Source of the DNA: Candidatus Woesebacteria bacterium
Lineage (GTDB): Bacteria; Patescibacteriota; Microgenomatia; UBA8517
Direction: 5' to 3'
Length of the DNA: 64,000 nucleotides
NCBI GenBank assembly: GCA_963716475.1
Contig: OY970314.1
Coordinates: 918,508-982,507 of the forward strand
The notes under the pieces are model-generated. The model saw only the letters and a list, made by a program, of their open reading frames with translations. It was not told where the DNA came from and did not search any database. This document shows positions 27,418-37,776 of the stretch, piece after piece. The translations under genes and the position numbers were made by a program. Within the stretch, counting starts at the first letter, position 1. Each line of letters starts with the position of its first letter.

Positions 27418-29405
27418 CTCAGAAAAAATCCTTTCCCATTATCGGAATGCACTGCGCTTCCTGTGCAAGGCTGATCGAAAGAAGACTTTCGAAGGTTCCC
27501 GGAGTAGTTTCATCCAGTGTTAATTATGGGAACGAAACTGCATACCTGGAGTTAAATGACAAGGAAATTGCGGATGGCGATATAGAAAAAGCAATTGAAG
27601 GTCTTGGGTATAAAGTCGGCAAGAATATTGAAGAGGAAAAGAAGAAAAAGCTTGCTGGCTTAAAGATTAAAGTAATTGCTTCAGTTATATTGGCCAGCTA
27701 TATCATGGTTTCGGGGTTTATCAAATTCCTTGATTTCAAATATCTAATTTTTATTTTTGCCACTATTGTCCAGTTTTGGGCAGGAAGTGAGTTTTATTTA
27801 GCTACTTGGAGCGGCATAAAAAATAGATCAACCAGTATGGATACATTGGTTGCTATAGGGACTTCAGCCGCGTACTTTTATTCTATATATACTCTAATTG
27901 TTGGCGGACCTTCATATTTCGATACATCTTCTGTAATTATTACTTTAATTCTTCTGGGGAGATTTTTGGAGGCTAAAGCAAAATCACACACCTCGGATGC
28001 CATTAAAAAACTTTTGGGTTTAACACCCAAAACAGCATATGTTTTACGGGGTAGGGAGTACGTCGAATTACCGATAAGCGAACTTGTTTTGGGGGATTTA
28101 GTCAGAGTACGACCCGGGGAGAGTATTGCGACCGACGGAGTAGTCGCAGAAGGTGACAGCTTTATCGACGAATCAATGTTAACAGGAGAGCCTATGCCGG
28201 TTAAAAAGGGAAAGGGAGACACGGTTACCGGAGCAACAATAAATAAAAACGGGAGTTTGGTTTTTAAAGTTACAAAAGTGGGCAAGGATACAATGCTTTC
28301 GCAGATTGTTAAAATGGTAGTAGAGGCGCAAGGAAGCCACGCCGATGTACAAAGATTTGCCGATAGCGTTTCTTCCTATTTTGTTCCGGCGGTGCTTGTA
28401 ATCGCTTTAATTACTTTTTTTACATTCGGACTAACTAATGCAATTGCGGTCCTTATTATTGCCTGCCCGTGTGCAATGGGACTTGCCACCCCAACCGCGA
28501 TCATGGTTGCGGTAGGCAGGGGTGCCAAAAACGGAATTTTGATTAAGGATGCCCAGAGTCTGGAGCTTCTTAATAAAATTAAAACAATTATTTTCGATAA
28601 AACAGGAACACTTACACTGGGTAAACCCGTACTTGTCAACCAGGTTGATAAAAAATATCTGCAGATTGCGGCATCTTTGGAATTTAATTCGGAGCATCCG
28701 ATCGGGGAAGCAATTGTAGCGAAAGCGAAAAGTGAGAAACTGAGAATGAACATCGTAAAAAGTTTCAGGGCAATTGAGGGTAAGGGGATTGAGGGGACTA
28801 TTGAAGGAATCAAATACTATTTGGGCAGACCCGGCATATCGCTTTTTGAGGGTAAGAAACTTTTGGCCGAATTTGAGGTTGAGGACAGTTTAAAACCGGG
28901 CGTTTCCGAAGTTATTGAGAACATAAACAAAAGGAAAATTAATGTTTGGATGGTAACGGGGGATAAGCGGTCGACTGCAGAAAAGATTGCAAAAGAGGCA
29001 CACATTATGAATGTGATGAGTGAAGTAATGCCTGGAGAAAAGTCCCAAAAAGTGAAAGAATTCAAATCGGTTGCCTTTGTGGGGGACGGAATTAATGACG
29101 CACCCGCTCTGGCCTCCGCCAATGTCGGAATTGCAATGGGAACGGGAACCGACGTAGCGATAGAATCTGCGGGAATAACGCTTCTGAATAAAAATATAGG
29201 TAGTGTTCTCTCGGCATTTAATCTATCCAAAAAGACCATGAATATAATACGACAGAACCTCTTTTGGGCGTTTGGTTACAATATTATTCTGATTCCCGTT
29301 GCGGCCCTGGGACTTCTTAACCCGATGCTGGCGGCAGGAGCAATGGCTGCCTCGTCAATTTCGGTAGTGAGTAATTCTTTAAGACTAAGAACGGTAAAAA
29401 TATAA
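27414..29405 (+). CDS. copA: Copper-translocating P1B-type ATPase
   Basis: N-terminal HMA GMHCASC, CPC motif [22 protein letters not shown]. Confidence 0.9.
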   Translation: MTQKKSFPIIGMHCASCARLIERRLSKVPGVVSSSVNYGNETAYLELNDKEIADGDIEKAIEGLGYKVGKNIEEEKKKKLAGLKIKVIASVILASYIMVSGFIKFLDFKYLIFIFATIVQFWAGSEFYLATWSGIKNRSTSMDTLVAIGTSAAYFYSIYTLIVGGPSYFDTSSVIITLILLGRFLEAKAKSHTSDAIKKLLGLTPKTAYVLRGREYVELPISELVLGDLVRVRPGESIATDGVVAEGDSFIDESMLTGEPMPVKKGKGDTVTGATINKNGSLVFKVTKVGKDTMLSQIVKMVVEAQGSHADVQRFADSVSSYFVPAVLVIALITFFTFGLTNAIAVLIIACPCAMGLATPTAIMVAVGRGAKNGILIKDAQSLELLNKIKTIIFDKTGTLTLGKPVLVNQVDKKYLQIAASLEFNSEHPIGEAIVAKAKSEKLRMNIVKSFRAIEGKGIEGTIEGIKYYLGRPGISLFEGKKLLAEFEVEDSLKPGVSEVIENINKRKINVWMVTGDKRSTAEKIAKEAHIMNVMSEVMPGEKSQKVKEFKSVAFVGDGINDAPALASANVGIAMGTGTDVAIESAGITLLNKNIGSVLSAFNLSKKTMNIIRQNLFWAFGYNIILIPVAALGLLNPMLAAGAMAASSISVVSNSLRLRTVKI

Positions 29406-29430
29406 TATCCGATCATTTCTCCCTTTAGAT

Positions 29431-29460
29431 CTTGACGGGAGCACAGGAGCTTAGGTATAG
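29431..29460 (+). promoter_or_regulatory. Candidate sigma70-type promoter for trxA
   Basis: TTGACG, an 18-nt spacer, then TATAGT. Confidence 0.35.
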
Positions 29461-29486
29461 TGAGAACGTTAAGACGAAGACAAATT

Positions 29487-29813
29487 ATGGCGGTAACAAA
29501 TATCATAGATAAAGATTTTGATGCACAGGTTCTGGGTAACAAGACCCCCGTGCTTGTTGACTTTTGGGCCGAGTGGTGCGGGCCATGCAAAATGGCAGCG
29601 CCGGTTTTGGATGAACTGTCTGAAATTTATAAGGATAAAGTAATAGTAGTAAAATTAAACGTTGATGAGAACCCTGCCGCGCCGCAAAAATATGGAGTTA
29701 TGTCAATTCCCACCACCATTCTTTTTAAGGATGGTAAAGAAATCGGGCGCCAGGTCGGTTTTTCAGGAAAAGAAGCTTTTGAAGATTTAATGAAAAAGGG
29801 GGTGAATAGTTAA
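29487..29813 (+). CDS. trxA: Thioredoxin
   Basis: WCGPC active site. Confidence 0.85.
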   Translation: MAVTNIIDKDFDAQVLGNKTPVLVDFWAEWCGPCKMAAPVLDELSEIYKDKVIVVKLNVDENPAAPQKYGVMSIPTTILFKDGKEIGRQVGFSGKEAFEDLMKKGVNS

Positions 29814-30058
29814 TGGACCCAAATGCAAATTCTACTGATCCGGTAGTACCGGCAGATCCTAATGCAGGTGTTCAAACACCTTCGGTTCCCGTTGTCACTC
29901 CTCCGGCAGAGCCGGTTGTGACACCAGTCGAACCGGTAATGCCTTCTCCTACTCCATCCGTGGAGCCGGAGGCATCACCTTCTCCAGAGCCAGTTGTAGA
30001 ACAGCCGGCAGGAGATCAGTCGGGGACGGGAACACCTCCCGTGACGCCTACGGTTTAA
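29813..30058 (+). CDS. Pro/Thr/Val-rich low-complexity small protein, translationally coupled to trxA (TAATG overlap)
   Basis: Repeated PVVTP/PEPVV units. No signal peptide. Confidence 0.3.
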   Translation: MDPNANSTDPVVPADPNAGVQTPSVPVVTPPAEPVVTPVEPVMPSPTPSVEPEASPSPEPVVEQPAGDQSGTGTPPVTPTV

Positions 30059-30127
30059 TAGTTGAAAAAATGAAGATGAAAGAGTTCTGACCTCGGTCAG
30101 GATTCTTTCTTTGTCATATAATAAAGT

Positions 30128-31087
30128 ATGGAATCTCAAATCATTGCGCCTAAACCAACCGATCCGGGCGGACCCTGGGACACCGTGATTATCGGTTCCG
30201 GTCCGGCCGGACTTACCGCAGCAATTTATACAACCCGCGGTGCGGCTTCCACTCTAATTTTGGCCGGTGAGGTTTGGGGAGGTCAACTAATGTTAACAAC
30301 AACAGTTGATAACTTCCCGGGATTTCCCGGGGGGGTCTTGGGGCCAAAACTGATGGAAGACATGAAGGCCCAGGCCCAAAGGTTCGGAGCCGAGTTTCAA
30401 GCAGTTAGCGTCGGGTCGGTTGATTTAACTAAAAAGCCGTTTGAAATTACGGCAGGAGGAAAAAACTATCTTGCCAGATCTATTATTATTACCACAGGAG
30501 CACTGACGACATGGTTGGACGCCCCGGGAGTTAAAGAACTTATAGGCAGAGGGGTGTCCTCATGTGCTCCATGCGATGCGCCTTTTTTCAAAGGGAAAAA
30601 AGTTGCGGTGGTGGGCGGAGGGGACTCTGCTATGGAGGAAGCATCGGTTCTGACAAAGTATGCATCGGAGGTAACAATAATCCACAGGCGCGATGAATTT
30701 AGAGCCTCAGAAGCTATGCAGGAAAAGGTTAAGTCCGACCCAAAAATTAAGATCTTGTGGAATACAGAGGTGGTGAAAGCCGTCGGTGACGGGAAATTGG
30801 AAAAACTGGTTTTAAAAAATAACAATACAGGGGAAGTCTCAGAGCTTCCCGTCGACGGACTTTTTGTGGCAATCGGGCATAAACCCGCAAGCGATATTTT
30901 TGCCGGAAAGCTGGATTTGGACGAAAAAGGTTTTATAGAATCTAAAACTGACCACTGCGGAACATCCGTTAAAGGAGTGTTCGTCGCCGGGGATGTTATT
31001 GATAAAAAATTCAAGCAAGCAATAGTTGCGGCAGGTATGGGTTGTATGGCCGCCATGGAAGCTTTGAGATATCTGGAAGAAAATTAG
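30128..31087 (+). CDS. trxB: Thioredoxin-disulfide reductase
   Basis: FAD motif VIIGSGPAG, redox CAPC, NAD(P) motif VGGGDSA. Confidence 0.8.
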   Translation: MESQIIAPKPTDPGGPWDTVIIGSGPAGLTAAIYTTRGAASTLILAGEVWGGQLMLTTTVDNFPGFPGGVLGPKLMEDMKAQAQRFGAEFQAVSVGSVDLTKKPFEITAGGKNYLARSIIITTGALTTWLDAPGVKELIGRGVSSCAPCDAPFFKGKKVAVVGGGDSAMEEASVLTKYASEVTIIHRRDEFRASEAMQEKVKSDPKIKILWNTEVVKAVGDGKLEKLVLKNNNTGEVSELPVDGLFVAIGHKPASDIFAGKLDLDEKGFIESKTDHCGTSVKGVFVAGDVIDKKFKQAIVAAGMGCMAAMEALRYLEEN

Positions 31088-31150
31088 GAGGTTTGAAAGT
31101 TTCAAGACTTCTTGGTTGACATTTTCCTTATCTTCGTGCAGAATAGACAC

Positions 31151-31957
31151 ATGCCTGTAAAGCTAAAGGCCCCGAAAAATATCCAACAGTTTTTTGTTCC
31201 GGTACTTGTAGTCGTGGCAATTGGTCTTGCATTTTTTTCCGGAACCCTATGGCAGAAGGTGAAAAATTTGGAAAAAGGTGCAGCAACAACCGGTACAACG
31301 ACTCAACAAGCTCCAGCGGCAGTACCCGCTGTTTCCCTGAATACAATAAAAGGACTTTTCAGTAAGGATTTAATCAAGTTTGGGGATGCCTCACGAAAGG
31401 TTTTGTTTGTCGAGATGTCCGATCCTTCATGCCCCTACTGCCATGCAGCCGATGGTCAAGACCATGCAATATACAAGAGTCTTGGAGCCACATTCCAACT
31501 CGTCGCGGATGGTGGAAAGTATGTTTCTCCGACTGTAGAAATGAAGAAACTGGTCGATTCCGGACAGGCTTCTTTTGTCTATATTTATTATCCGGGTCAC
31601 GGTAATGGAGAAATGGGTATGAAGGCCCTTTACTGTGCCAACGAAAAAGGAAAATTCTGGGAAGCGCACAACTTAATTATGAATGATGCGGGTTATACTC
31701 TTATGAATACGACTGTTAAAAATGATAAGACGCAGTCGCAGGCTGTAGCCGATTTTCTTAAGTCCGTTGTCGATCCGAGTTTTATGAAGACATGTCTGGA
31801 TAGCGGTAAATACGATGCAAGGCTTCAGAGTGATCAAGCCCTAGCCACGTCCCTTTCGATTCAGGGAACACCGGATTTTTATGTAAATTCAACCAATTTT
31901 CCCGGAGCTTATAGTTATACCGACATGGCCTCGACAGTCACCTCTGCACTTAAATGA
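31151..31957 (+). CDS. DsbA/BdbD-like thiol-disulfide oxidoreductase, membrane-anchored
   Basis: N-terminal TM and a CPYC active site. Confidence 0.55.
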   Translation: MPVKLKAPKNIQQFFVPVLVVVAIGLAFFSGTLWQKVKNLEKGAATTGTTTQQAPAAVPAVSLNTIKGLFSKDLIKFGDASRKVLFVEMSDPSCPYCHAADGQDHAIYKSLGATFQLVADGGKYVSPTVEMKKLVDSGQASFVYIYYPGHGNGEMGMKALYCANEKGKFWEAHNLIMNDAGYTLMNTTVKNDKTQSQAVADFLKSVVDPSFMKTCLDSGKYDARLQSDQALATSLSIQGTPDFYVNSTNFPGAYSYTDMASTVTSALK

Positions 31958-32036
31958 GTTCATAGCAAATTCTATCAATAGATTTGGACGAGCTCACGCT
32001 CTCATAGGATGAATTTGGTATAATATTAAAAATATT

Positions 32037-32858
32037 ATGAAGAAACAGGGAAGTAAAATCGACGAGGCTTCGACCTCACAAATTAAAATTAACGTTCCCA
32101 CAGAGGGTAATCTTTTACTGGAAAAAGTTTTAAACCAGGTTAATTCTAACCGGGAAATAAAGACTCTCTGGAGAATAATAAACGTAAACGCGATAGAGCG
32201 TCTTGGTTTTACCGATCACGGACCGACCCATTTTAATCTGGTAGCAAACCATGGTCTTAAAATCGCGCGGATTTTGGAAAAAAGGGGAATTACCATGTCA
32301 ATTGTGCATGATTTTGGTCTGACCAATGATCATGCAGAGGTAGTAATTTTTTTGGGGTGCATAATGCATGACCTGGGAATGAGTATCCATAGGGAAAACC
32401 ATGAAATTTTTAGCCTTTTTATAGCTAGGGACTTTATGAAAGAAATTCTGAGCTTTATGCCCATTGAGGAAAGAACGGTCGTAATTTCCGAAACTCTCCA
32501 TGCAATCATAAGCCACAGCCACGGAAGCGCAGGCAAAACCTCAACCGTTGAAGGAGGAATCGTAAGAGTTGCGGACGCTCTCGATATGAGTAAAGGCCGT
32601 AGCAGGATCCCCTATAGAATGGGCAAGATTGATATTCACTCGGTTTCGGCAAACGCGATCGAGAGTGTGACGGTTAAGGAGGGGGAGGGAAAACCTGTTG
32701 ATATTGAGATTGTAATGACAACCGAAGCCGGAGTTTTTCAGGTTGACGATTTTATCGAGGAAAAATTAGAGACTTCGGGCTTAGCCAAATATGTTGATGT
32801 CAAATCATTTTTGAAGGAACACGGGAGTAAGAGGGTCTACAAGGATTACACTTCTTAA
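32037..32858 (+). CDS. HD domain phosphohydrolase
   Basis: H...HD...H metal ligands (TDHGPTHF, CIMHDLG). Confidence 0.6.
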   Translation: MKKQGSKIDEASTSQIKINVPTEGNLLLEKVLNQVNSNREIKTLWRIINVNAIERLGFTDHGPTHFNLVANHGLKIARILEKRGITMSIVHDFGLTNDHAEVVIFLGCIMHDLGMSIHRENHEIFSLFIARDFMKEILSFMPIEERTVVISETLHAIISHSHGSAGKTSTVEGGIVRVADALDMSKGRSRIPYRMGKIDIHSVSANAIESVTVKEGEGKPVDIEIVMTTEAGVFQVDDFIEEKLETSGLAKYVDVKSFLKEHGSKRVYKDYTS

Positions 32859-33232
32859 TCTGCCAAAATCAGCTTGACTTTCTCGGTAAGTTGATCCGGA
32901 TTGACGTCGGTTTTGAGGATGACATCTTTAGCTCCAAGACTAATGCCTTCTTTAAGAATCGGGTCGTGGGAGAGGTTTGTCAGAAGGAAGATATTTTTGT
33001 TAGGGACTTTAGGAGGAGTTTTTTTAAGCTCGCCAAGAAGCGCTATGCCATCCATTTTAGGAAGCATGACATCGAGAAGTACCAGATCATAGCCACCTTC
33101 CCGGCATTTAGTCAGTCCCTCAGCTCCGTCAACCGCCGCCTCCACCTTAAAACCTGCTTTTGTAAGAATTGTTTGGTAGAGGTTTCTGGTATTTTGATCG
33201 TCTTCTACAATCAAGATTCTTTTATTGCTCAT
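32855..33232 (-). CDS. Response regulator, receiver domain only
   Basis: ILIVEDD and LLDVMLPKMDG. The ORF track extends to 33337. Confidence 0.75.
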   Translation of the reverse strand: MSNKRILIVEDDQNTRNLYQTILTKAGFKVEAAVDGAEGLTKCREGGYDLVLLDVMLPKMDGIALLGELKKTPPKVPNKNIFLLTNLSHDPILKEGISLGAKDVILKTDVNPDQLTEKVKLILAD

Positions 33233-33251
33233 AATTGAACCTATTATACGC

Positions 33252-35375
33252 CTACACCGAAGGAAGTGTAAAGATAAATCTTGAACCTTGCCCAGGTGTA
33301 CTTTCCACCCAAATTTTACCTCCGGAAAGCTCGACAATGTTTTTACTGATATAAAGTCCCAAGCCGGTTCCCTGCGTGCTGGGTACGTTTGTTCCGCTTT
33401 CGAGTTTGCCGAATTTGGTGAAAAGCTTGTCCATATCCTCTTTTTTAATTCCGATACCGTTATCAGTTACAGATATCTCAATCATTTTTTCTTTCGCCAA
33501 TCCAGTTATGGTTACTTTGCCCTTTGCCGGAGTAAACTTAATTGCGTTTCCGGCTAAGTTGGTTATAACCTGGTGGATACGCTCTTTATCGGCCTTAACA
33601 AAAAGACCGCCCGAAACGGTCGAACTTAGATTGATTTGCTTATCACTTGCCTGTTTTTGGAGTTCCTCAACAATTAGGTCTGCTTCATGTTTGACATCCA
33701 ATTTTTCGGGATTGAGCTCAATTCTTCCGGCTTCGATCCTGCTTACGTCCAGCATATCAGCAACCAGGGAAATACCGTGTTCAGTTGATTCCAGGGCGAT
33801 TCCCAGGTCTTCCTTGGCTTTACCCTGTGCTTTTCCAAGTTCACTTCTTGCCAGCCAAATATAGTTTTTGACGGTTGCCATAGGGCTTCGAAGGTCATGA
33901 CTTGCGATTGAAATGAACTCGTCCTTGACCTGATCTAGTTTTTTAAGCTTTTCGTTTGCCGATTGCAGTTCACCGGTTGCCCGTTTTACTTCTTGCTGTA
34001 GGGTGACATTAAACCGGCTTATCTGCTCAAATCTCTGCGCATTCTCCAAAGCGATTGAAAGTTCCGGACCTAGAATTGAAAGAAAGTTAACATCCTGATC
34101 AAAAAAGATCTCTCCTGAAGACTTTTCTCCAAGAAGGAGAAGCCCCACGAAACGCTCTTTGGTTGAAAGGGGGAGTGCCAGGAAAATATCTTTTTCGCGC
34201 AAAAAATCTTTCAGCGGGCCCTCTTCCATTTCGTCAAGGATAAGTAATTTTTTAGGATCTGCCATTTTCCTGACGTCACCACTACTGATGTCTAAACGCT
34301 TACCTTGGTGTTGACTTTCAATAATGTATATTTCTTTACCATTAATAATTGCGAAGGCAGCTTTTGTGAGCCTGAGTTCTCTGGTTATGATCGTTAGCAC
34401 CCGGAGAGCAAGATCATCAAGAGTAAGCGACGTAGCCATAGTCTTTGATAGTTTATTAAGAACAACCTCGGTTTCATATCTTTCTTTAAAAAATATTTTA
34501 TCTGTTGTTTTTTCCAGTAGACCCCGGAGCGGTTGAAAAGTGTATGCAATGACCAGAGCAAGAATGGTTGAACTTATCAAACTTGAGGCGGGAGTTGATG
34601 TTTTTGTAATCAGACTGGAAACGATAAAAAGTCCGCTCGAATATATAACCCCAAGTATTATCAGAAGAAGTGAATAAGAGACTGACCTTGCGATAATTAA
34701 GCGGATATCAAAAAGCCTGTGTCTGACAATGGCGTAAGTCACGGCAACGATTAAGATGAGACTGTAATTGGGTCCCAGGAAAACCAAACTTGTGATCCTG
34801 AAGACGACAACGAAAGAAAATGTTGTTATAAAAGCTAAAACAAAAGCTATGATAAGTCCCAGAAGCATGAATTTAACCTGCTCTTTGACAACGCTGTTGC
34901 CCCGATGCAATTTTCTTAACAGGATAATCATGGTACCTATTAAATGGGAAGCACCATGAAGACCGAAAAGTAAGATTGCCGGCCCCGGCACCGGAGTTAT
35001 CTGACCGTTAGTCAGAATTGCGTGAGAGAAAATCAGCGGGGTAAGGCAAAAGAAAGTTATTACAGCAGTCCAAACGATATCAGAAAGTATAAATATTTTA
35101 TTTATTGAGGGACTGCTTTCCGGAAAATTAAGAGAAAAATGTAGGATAACAGTTAATAGGAGAGAAGTTGTAGCCATAATAATCCTGATCCAGAAAATGG
35201 CTTCTTCAGGATTAATAGTTTTTAAAGAAAAGTAATTGGCGACACTCCAAGCAGAAACAATAAATGTGAGGAGTATAAATAAAATGTTGGTTTTGCGTTT
35301 GGGATTTTTTAGGAATACAATGAGCCCGAGAATTAAGTTAGCAAAAACAGTAAATATGGTAACCGCGATATCCAT
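33252..35375 (-). CDS. Sensor histidine kinase with a polytopic N-terminal domain
   Basis: At least six N-terminal TM helices, a GAF-like middle region, HisKA ASHDLRSP, and HATPase GTGLGLYISK. Confidence 0.8.
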   Translation of the reverse strand: MDIAVTIFTVFANLILGLIVFLKNPKRKTNILFILLTFIVSAWSVANYFSLKTINPEEAIFWIRIIMATTSLLLTVILHFSLNFPESSPSINKIFILSDIVWTAVITFFCLTPLIFSHAILTNGQITPVPGPAILLFGLHGASHLIGTMIILLRKLHRGNSVVKEQVKFMLLGLIIAFVLAFITTFSFVVVFRITSLVFLGPNYSLILIVAVTYAIVRHRLFDIRLIIARSVSYSLLLIILGVIYSSGLFIVSSLITKTSTPASSLISSTILALVIAYTFQPLRGLLEKTTDKIFFKERYETEVVLNKLSKTMATSLTLDDLALRVLTIITRELRLTKAAFAIINGKEIYIIESQHQGKRLDISSGDVRKMADPKKLLILDEMEEGPLKDFLREKDIFLALPLSTKERFVGLLLLGEKSSGEIFFDQDVNFLSILGPELSIALENAQRFEQISRFNVTLQQEVKRATGELQSANEKLKKLDQVKDEFISIASHDLRSPMATVKNYIWLARSELGKAQGKAKEDLGIALESTEHGISLVADMLDVSRIEAGRIELNPEKLDVKHEADLIVEELQKQASDKQINLSSTVSGGLFVKADKERIHQVITNLAGNAIKFTPAKGKVTITGLAKEKMIEISVTDNGIGIKKEDMDKLFTKFGKLESGTNVPSTQGTGLGLYISKNIVELSGGKIWVESTPGQGSRFIFTLPSV

Positions 35376-35384
35376 AATTAATTT

Positions 35385-36647
35385 ATGATAGAAAGAGAAA
35401 ATAATAAAGACAATAGCCTAGGCATGTTTTCCCCCCGTATTTTTGACGCAAGAGATGCTTTTGATGGGGGGCAAATGGTTCGTGAGGGAGAAAATTACCG
35501 CATAAAACTTCCTGATGGTGAACAAACCATAACCTCGGATCATATCCATGACTTACTATCGGCAACGATGATGGGTATTAATGAAGCTTTTGTTGACGCG
35601 GAGTCAGGGATTGATTTAAGAGAAGAATATGAGCATGAGTCGGCTATTTATGATGCCTCGGTAATAGCAAATGGTGGAGACACTTATGGGACGTGGGTTT
35701 ATTACCCATATGATAAAGATTTAGTGCATTTTGCACCAAAAAGGCTTCACAAACTTGCCCTTCTTGCATGTAATTCATCGCTTTTAATGGATCCGGACCG
35801 AAATCTCGACTACAACCAAATAAGGAAAGTGTTTGATAACGTAGTTCCGGCGATAGCAGGCCTAAGTGTGGGGTCGAATATTGGGAAAGCGATTATAGCC
35901 GATATTCGTCCGGATGCTGTCAAAGTGTCCGATCCCGCACCCTTTAAACTTACCAATGCCAATCGAGTAGCCGGTTTGGGTTACACCGACTTGGTTACTT
36001 CCAGAGGCAATATGGGGTCAAATTTGGGAAGTTTAAACGGATCGAGAGAGAAACAACAAGTTTTTACCTTGGACATACTATCCCAGGACCCTTACATGAA
36101 CGTATTTTCCTATAAAGGTATTGACGGGAGTAATGTTAAGGAATTCCTAGGCGGGGGAAGTAAGGAACCTAAAGCAACCGTAGCCATAGATGTTTGCGAT
36201 AGTATAGATGTTAAGATGCAGTTGGCTGTAGAGGCGAGAAAGCAGGGGATAAGGTTTCTGCGTTTTACTGATGCAGGTTCTACGGTTAGAGTCGATATAC
36301 GTCCTTTTGACACGAACCCGGAAGCTTCTTTGGCCTATGGAATTACTGATGAGGAACTGTTTGATCTGCTAGCCAAAGCCGGAACTTCAAAGTCGGGTTT
36401 CTATAAATTTGGAAGCGCCCTGATTGGTAAAGATTCTCTTGAAAGAGGGGATGAATTTGGAGGTTTAGTAAGAGGAGAAATTTCTAAACAGTACTCCAGT
36501 GTTCCACAGCTAGGTTCAACAGCCATGGTAGCCGGTGGACTCGCAGGAGAAATCGTTGCAAGAATGGCATTAGGTTATAAATACCCGGAAAGATTTGTGG
36601 TGGATTTAGTAAATCTCAAATTTGAGTCTTGGGGTGAACAGGTTTAA
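35385..36647 (+). CDS. E1-like (ThiF/MoeB/MccB family) adenylyltransferase-fold protein with a ~130-aa N-terminal extension
   Basis: Rossmann-like AGLSVGSNIG, then VKVSDPAPFKLTNANR (E1 D-x-D...N-R). C-terminal AGGLAGEIVARMALG pattern. Confidence 0.5.
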   Translation: MIERENNKDNSLGMFSPRIFDARDAFDGGQMVREGENYRIKLPDGEQTITSDHIHDLLSATMMGINEAFVDAESGIDLREEYEHESAIYDASVIANGGDTYGTWVYYPYDKDLVHFAPKRLHKLALLACNSSLLMDPDRNLDYNQIRKVFDNVVPAIAGLSVGSNIGKAIIADIRPDAVKVSDPAPFKLTNANRVAGLGYTDLVTSRGNMGSNLGSLNGSREKQQVFTLDILSQDPYMNVFSYKGIDGSNVKEFLGGGSKEPKATVAIDVCDSIDVKMQLAVEARKQGIRFLRFTDAGSTVRVDIRPFDTNPEASLAYGITDEELFDLLAKAGTSKSGFYKFGSALIGKDSLERGDEFGGLVRGEISKQYSSVPQLGSTAMVAGGLAGEIVARMALGYKYPERFVVDLVNLKFESWGEQV

Positions 36648-37776
36648 TTAACACTTCTTCAATTGGAAGTCTGGGTGAATGAGGAGGAATTTCAAGATCC
36701 GGTCTTGGGTAACCTGCCCTAAAAAGTATCGCGGGAGTACCGTGCCATAATGATATTGCAGAAAGACCAAATCTAGTGAGGGAAACTTCAGCCAAACCCG
36801 CATGAACTGCATAAGACAATCCTTGTGAGGTAAGTTTAAGCCCTATCTTACCAAGAAGCTCGCCGCTTTTTAGCCAATATTCCGGCGTATCTTTGTCAAC
36901 TGTTATCATACCCGTTATCGCCGATGAACGAATACCCAATATAGAACCCCTTGAAAAGGCAGAAATATCATCAGCTTCCAGTTTTTCTTTTCCTAAAAGT
37001 GCGTTCTTGGTATGTCTGGCTTGTGTGTCGTCCATGCCGAATGTATCACCAGGCATTCCCAACGGATCTTTAGTGTTGTTTTCCTGAAGCCAGTCACCAA
37101 GCTCACGGCGGAAGGATTTGAGATTAGCCACAACCGTGTCGGCTGCCCCCTGAAATTCTGCAATCGTAGGGATTATTGGATCACCCGCTTTAAGTAAAAA
37201 TAAACGTGTCCCATCACCTTCCAAAGCCCCTATTTCCGTGAGTAATTCACCAGGGATTGTTTTGGACGTATCGGTTATATTTCTGTTGACCCTTCTTGTG
37301 AATATCGATGCAAAAAGATCTTTATCAGAAGCGGCAACCGAAGGATTAAAACCGATTTGACATAGTTTTACATAACGGTTTTTGTCGTCCGGTTGTTTAT
37401 AGGGTAGAACCTGTGACGGATCAACCTGTTCATTTTCGGTGGTGGCTTCGAGACCAAAGTGAGACGCTGCCACCTGGACATTAGTTAAAGCCGCCCCGAC
37501 ACTTATTACAGCCTGTCTGCCTCTTACATCAGATGCAGGAAGAACCCGATCTCTGTCGAGATAAAGTGTGATAGAGGAATCTTTTTCATCCGGTGAAAAT
37601 GCCCATGGCTGAGTGTTATGAGAACTTGGAGCCATGTGTGCAAGGGTTGTAAAATATATAAGCTTTTCTCCTACAGGAAGTGACTCAAATTGTTCATGAG
37701 TTAAGTTTGGAGTGCGCCAGATATCATAGTTAGGGCCATCTTTAATGTCGATTGAGTCGTTTCGTTCTATGGTCAT
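36616..37776 (-). CDS. Nitroreductase-superfamily (FMN-dependent, SagB/McbC-like fold) protein, 386 aa
   Basis: Hallmark APSSHNTQPW. About twice the length of simple nitroreductases. Confidence 0.55.
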   Translation of the reverse strand: MTIERNDSIDIKDGPNYDIWRTPNLTHEQFESLPVGEKLIYFTTLAHMAPSSHNTQPWAFSPDEKDSSITLYLDRDRVLPASDVRGRQAVISVGAALTNVQVAASHFGLEATTENEQVDPSQVLPYKQPDDKNRYVKLCQIGFNPSVAASDKDLFASIFTRRVNRNITDTSKTIPGELLTEIGALEGDGTRLFLLKAGDPIIPTIAEFQGAADTVVANLKSFRRELGDWLQENNTKDPLGMPGDTFGMDDTQARHTKNALLGKEKLEADDISAFSRGSILGIRSSAITGMITVDKDTPEYWLKSGELLGKIGLKLTSQGLSYAVHAGLAEVSLTRFGLSAISLWHGTPAILFRAGYPRPDLEIPPHSPRLPIEEVLIKPVHPKTQI

